64,000 nucleotides of DNA from Deltaproteobacteria bacterium (lineage in GTDB: Bacteria > Myxococcota_A > UBA9160 > PR03), in the NCBI GenBank assembly GCA_035063765.1, contig JAPSFT010000011.1, forward strand, positions 64,854-128,853. Reading direction: 5' to 3'. Both the position numbers and the translations under genes were made by a program. The notes under the pieces were generated by a model. That model did not search any database and was not told the DNA's origin. It saw only the letters and a list, made by a program, of their open reading frames with translations. Numbering within the stretch: the first letter of the stretch is position 1; each line of letters opens with the position of its first letter. Positions 63,475 through 64,000 of the stretch are shown in pieces.

Positions 63475-64000
63475 TGCTGTACGAGTTTGCGATCGAGCCG
63501 GAGTTGCTGACGAGCTGGGACAAGGCCCGCACGACCCTCAACCTCATGGGCTTCCAGCATGCGCGGGCCATCTCCGCCTACCCCTCAAGGAAGCGCTGGA
63601 AGAAGATGATCTTCGAGGCCTGTCGGAAGGCCGGCTGCGCGGATCGGGAGTTTGCGCGCATCCGCGAAAAGGTCCAGCAGTCCGACGCGAAGCTCGTCTG
63701 GGCAGGGTCGCCGGAAGAGTACGACGGATCGCTAAAGCCACAGGACGAGTGCTGGATTCGAAACGCCACTGATCGCCAGATCAAGAGGAAGGCCTTCCAT
63801 GCGATTCTGGCGACTCGAAACCCCAGCGGTCATCCCGACGTCGTGCTCGAAGCGGATGTAGACGAGTCTCACGCAAAGCTTGGAGTCGCTCGCGAGCTCC
63901 CCGTCCTGCGGCAACCGAAACCATTGGCTGGCCACATTGAGAAGCTCGTGCGCAACAGTCGTGTGCTCCTTCTCATCGACCCCCACTTCGATCCCTCGCT
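63474..64000 (+). CDS. Hypothetical protein, 5' part only (runs off window)
   Basis: The ATG at 63474 overlaps the ATPase stop (TGATG). My manual translation is open for all 175 codons to the window end (MLYEFAIEPELLTSWDKARTTLNLMGFQHARAISAYPSRKRWKKMIFEACRKAGC...LLLIDPHFDPS). It is absent from the ORF track only because no stop is reached. No family was recognised. Confidence 0.5.
   Translation, partial: MLYEFAIEPELLTSWDKARTTLNLMGFQHARAISAYPSRKRWKKMIFEACRKAGCADREFARIREKVQQSDAKLVWAGSPEEYDGSLKPQDECWIRNATDRQIKRKAFHAILATRNPSGHPDVVLEADVDESHAKLGVARELPVLRQPKPLAGHIEKLVRNSRVLLLIDPHFDPS

Larger units (their letters stand above)
48104..64000. mobile_element. tRNA-Met-associated integrated genomic (defence) island, right end beyond window
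   Basis: The integrase lies directly next to the tRNA 3' end. G+C drops abruptly, and codon style changes from about 49.4 kb onward (A/T runs such as ccaaaaaaagac appear, absent from the first 48 kb). The cargo is nucleases, a toxin-antitoxin pair and R-M genes. No second copy of the tRNA 3' end was seen inside the window. Confidence 0.75.

Overview
This is a high-G+C (well above 65% by eye) bacterial chromosome segment. Its gene style resembles Myxococcota/Deltaproteobacteria, which is an inference only.

Positions 1-48,000 are ordinary, tightly packed housekeeping DNA. Many neighbouring genes share ATGA/GTGA start-stop overlaps. The main blocks are:
- GNAT, an aminotransferase, M20 and M23 peptidases, and a plant-type glutamate-cysteine ligase
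- two signalling proteins and a Grx-TrxR fusion
- a minus-strand string: rne/rng-type RNase, rplU, rpmA, obg, proB, proA, nadD, rsfS, gpmI, comF
- HNH, a ParA-like ATPase, a J-like/HTH protein, rluD, pgeF and rho
- prfA-prmC-murA followed by hisD-hisB-hisH-(lipoprotein)-hisA-hisF
- a metzincin, then rpsU-dnaG-rpoD, then a few accessory enzymes

At 48030-48103 a tRNA-Met(CAT) gene marks the left edge of a visibly lower-G+C integrated island. The island is at least 16 kb, and its right end lies outside the window. It opens with a tyrosine integrase and carries stacked defence-type cargo, all on the + strand:
- an HNH nuclease
- an Xre/RES toxin-antitoxin pair
- a NucS/DUF91-like nuclease fusion
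- an RtcR-like (CARF-type N-domain) sigma-54 enhancer-binding protein
- immediately downstream, after a near-consensus sigma-54 promoter, a translationally coupled operon: hsdR (with an N-terminal DUF4145-like extension), hsdM, hsdS, an ABC/OLD-like ATPase and an unknown gene truncated by the window edge

The best candidate for a previously undescribed system is this signal-gated arrangement: a CARF-type sensor and sigma-54 activator controlling an extended type I restriction-like operon.

All calls rest on reading motifs in the supplied ORF translations. No database search was possible. Starts were chosen by hand from overlaps and Shine-Dalgarno context. The many long ORFs on opposite strands or in other frames are treated as high-G+C shadow ORFs.
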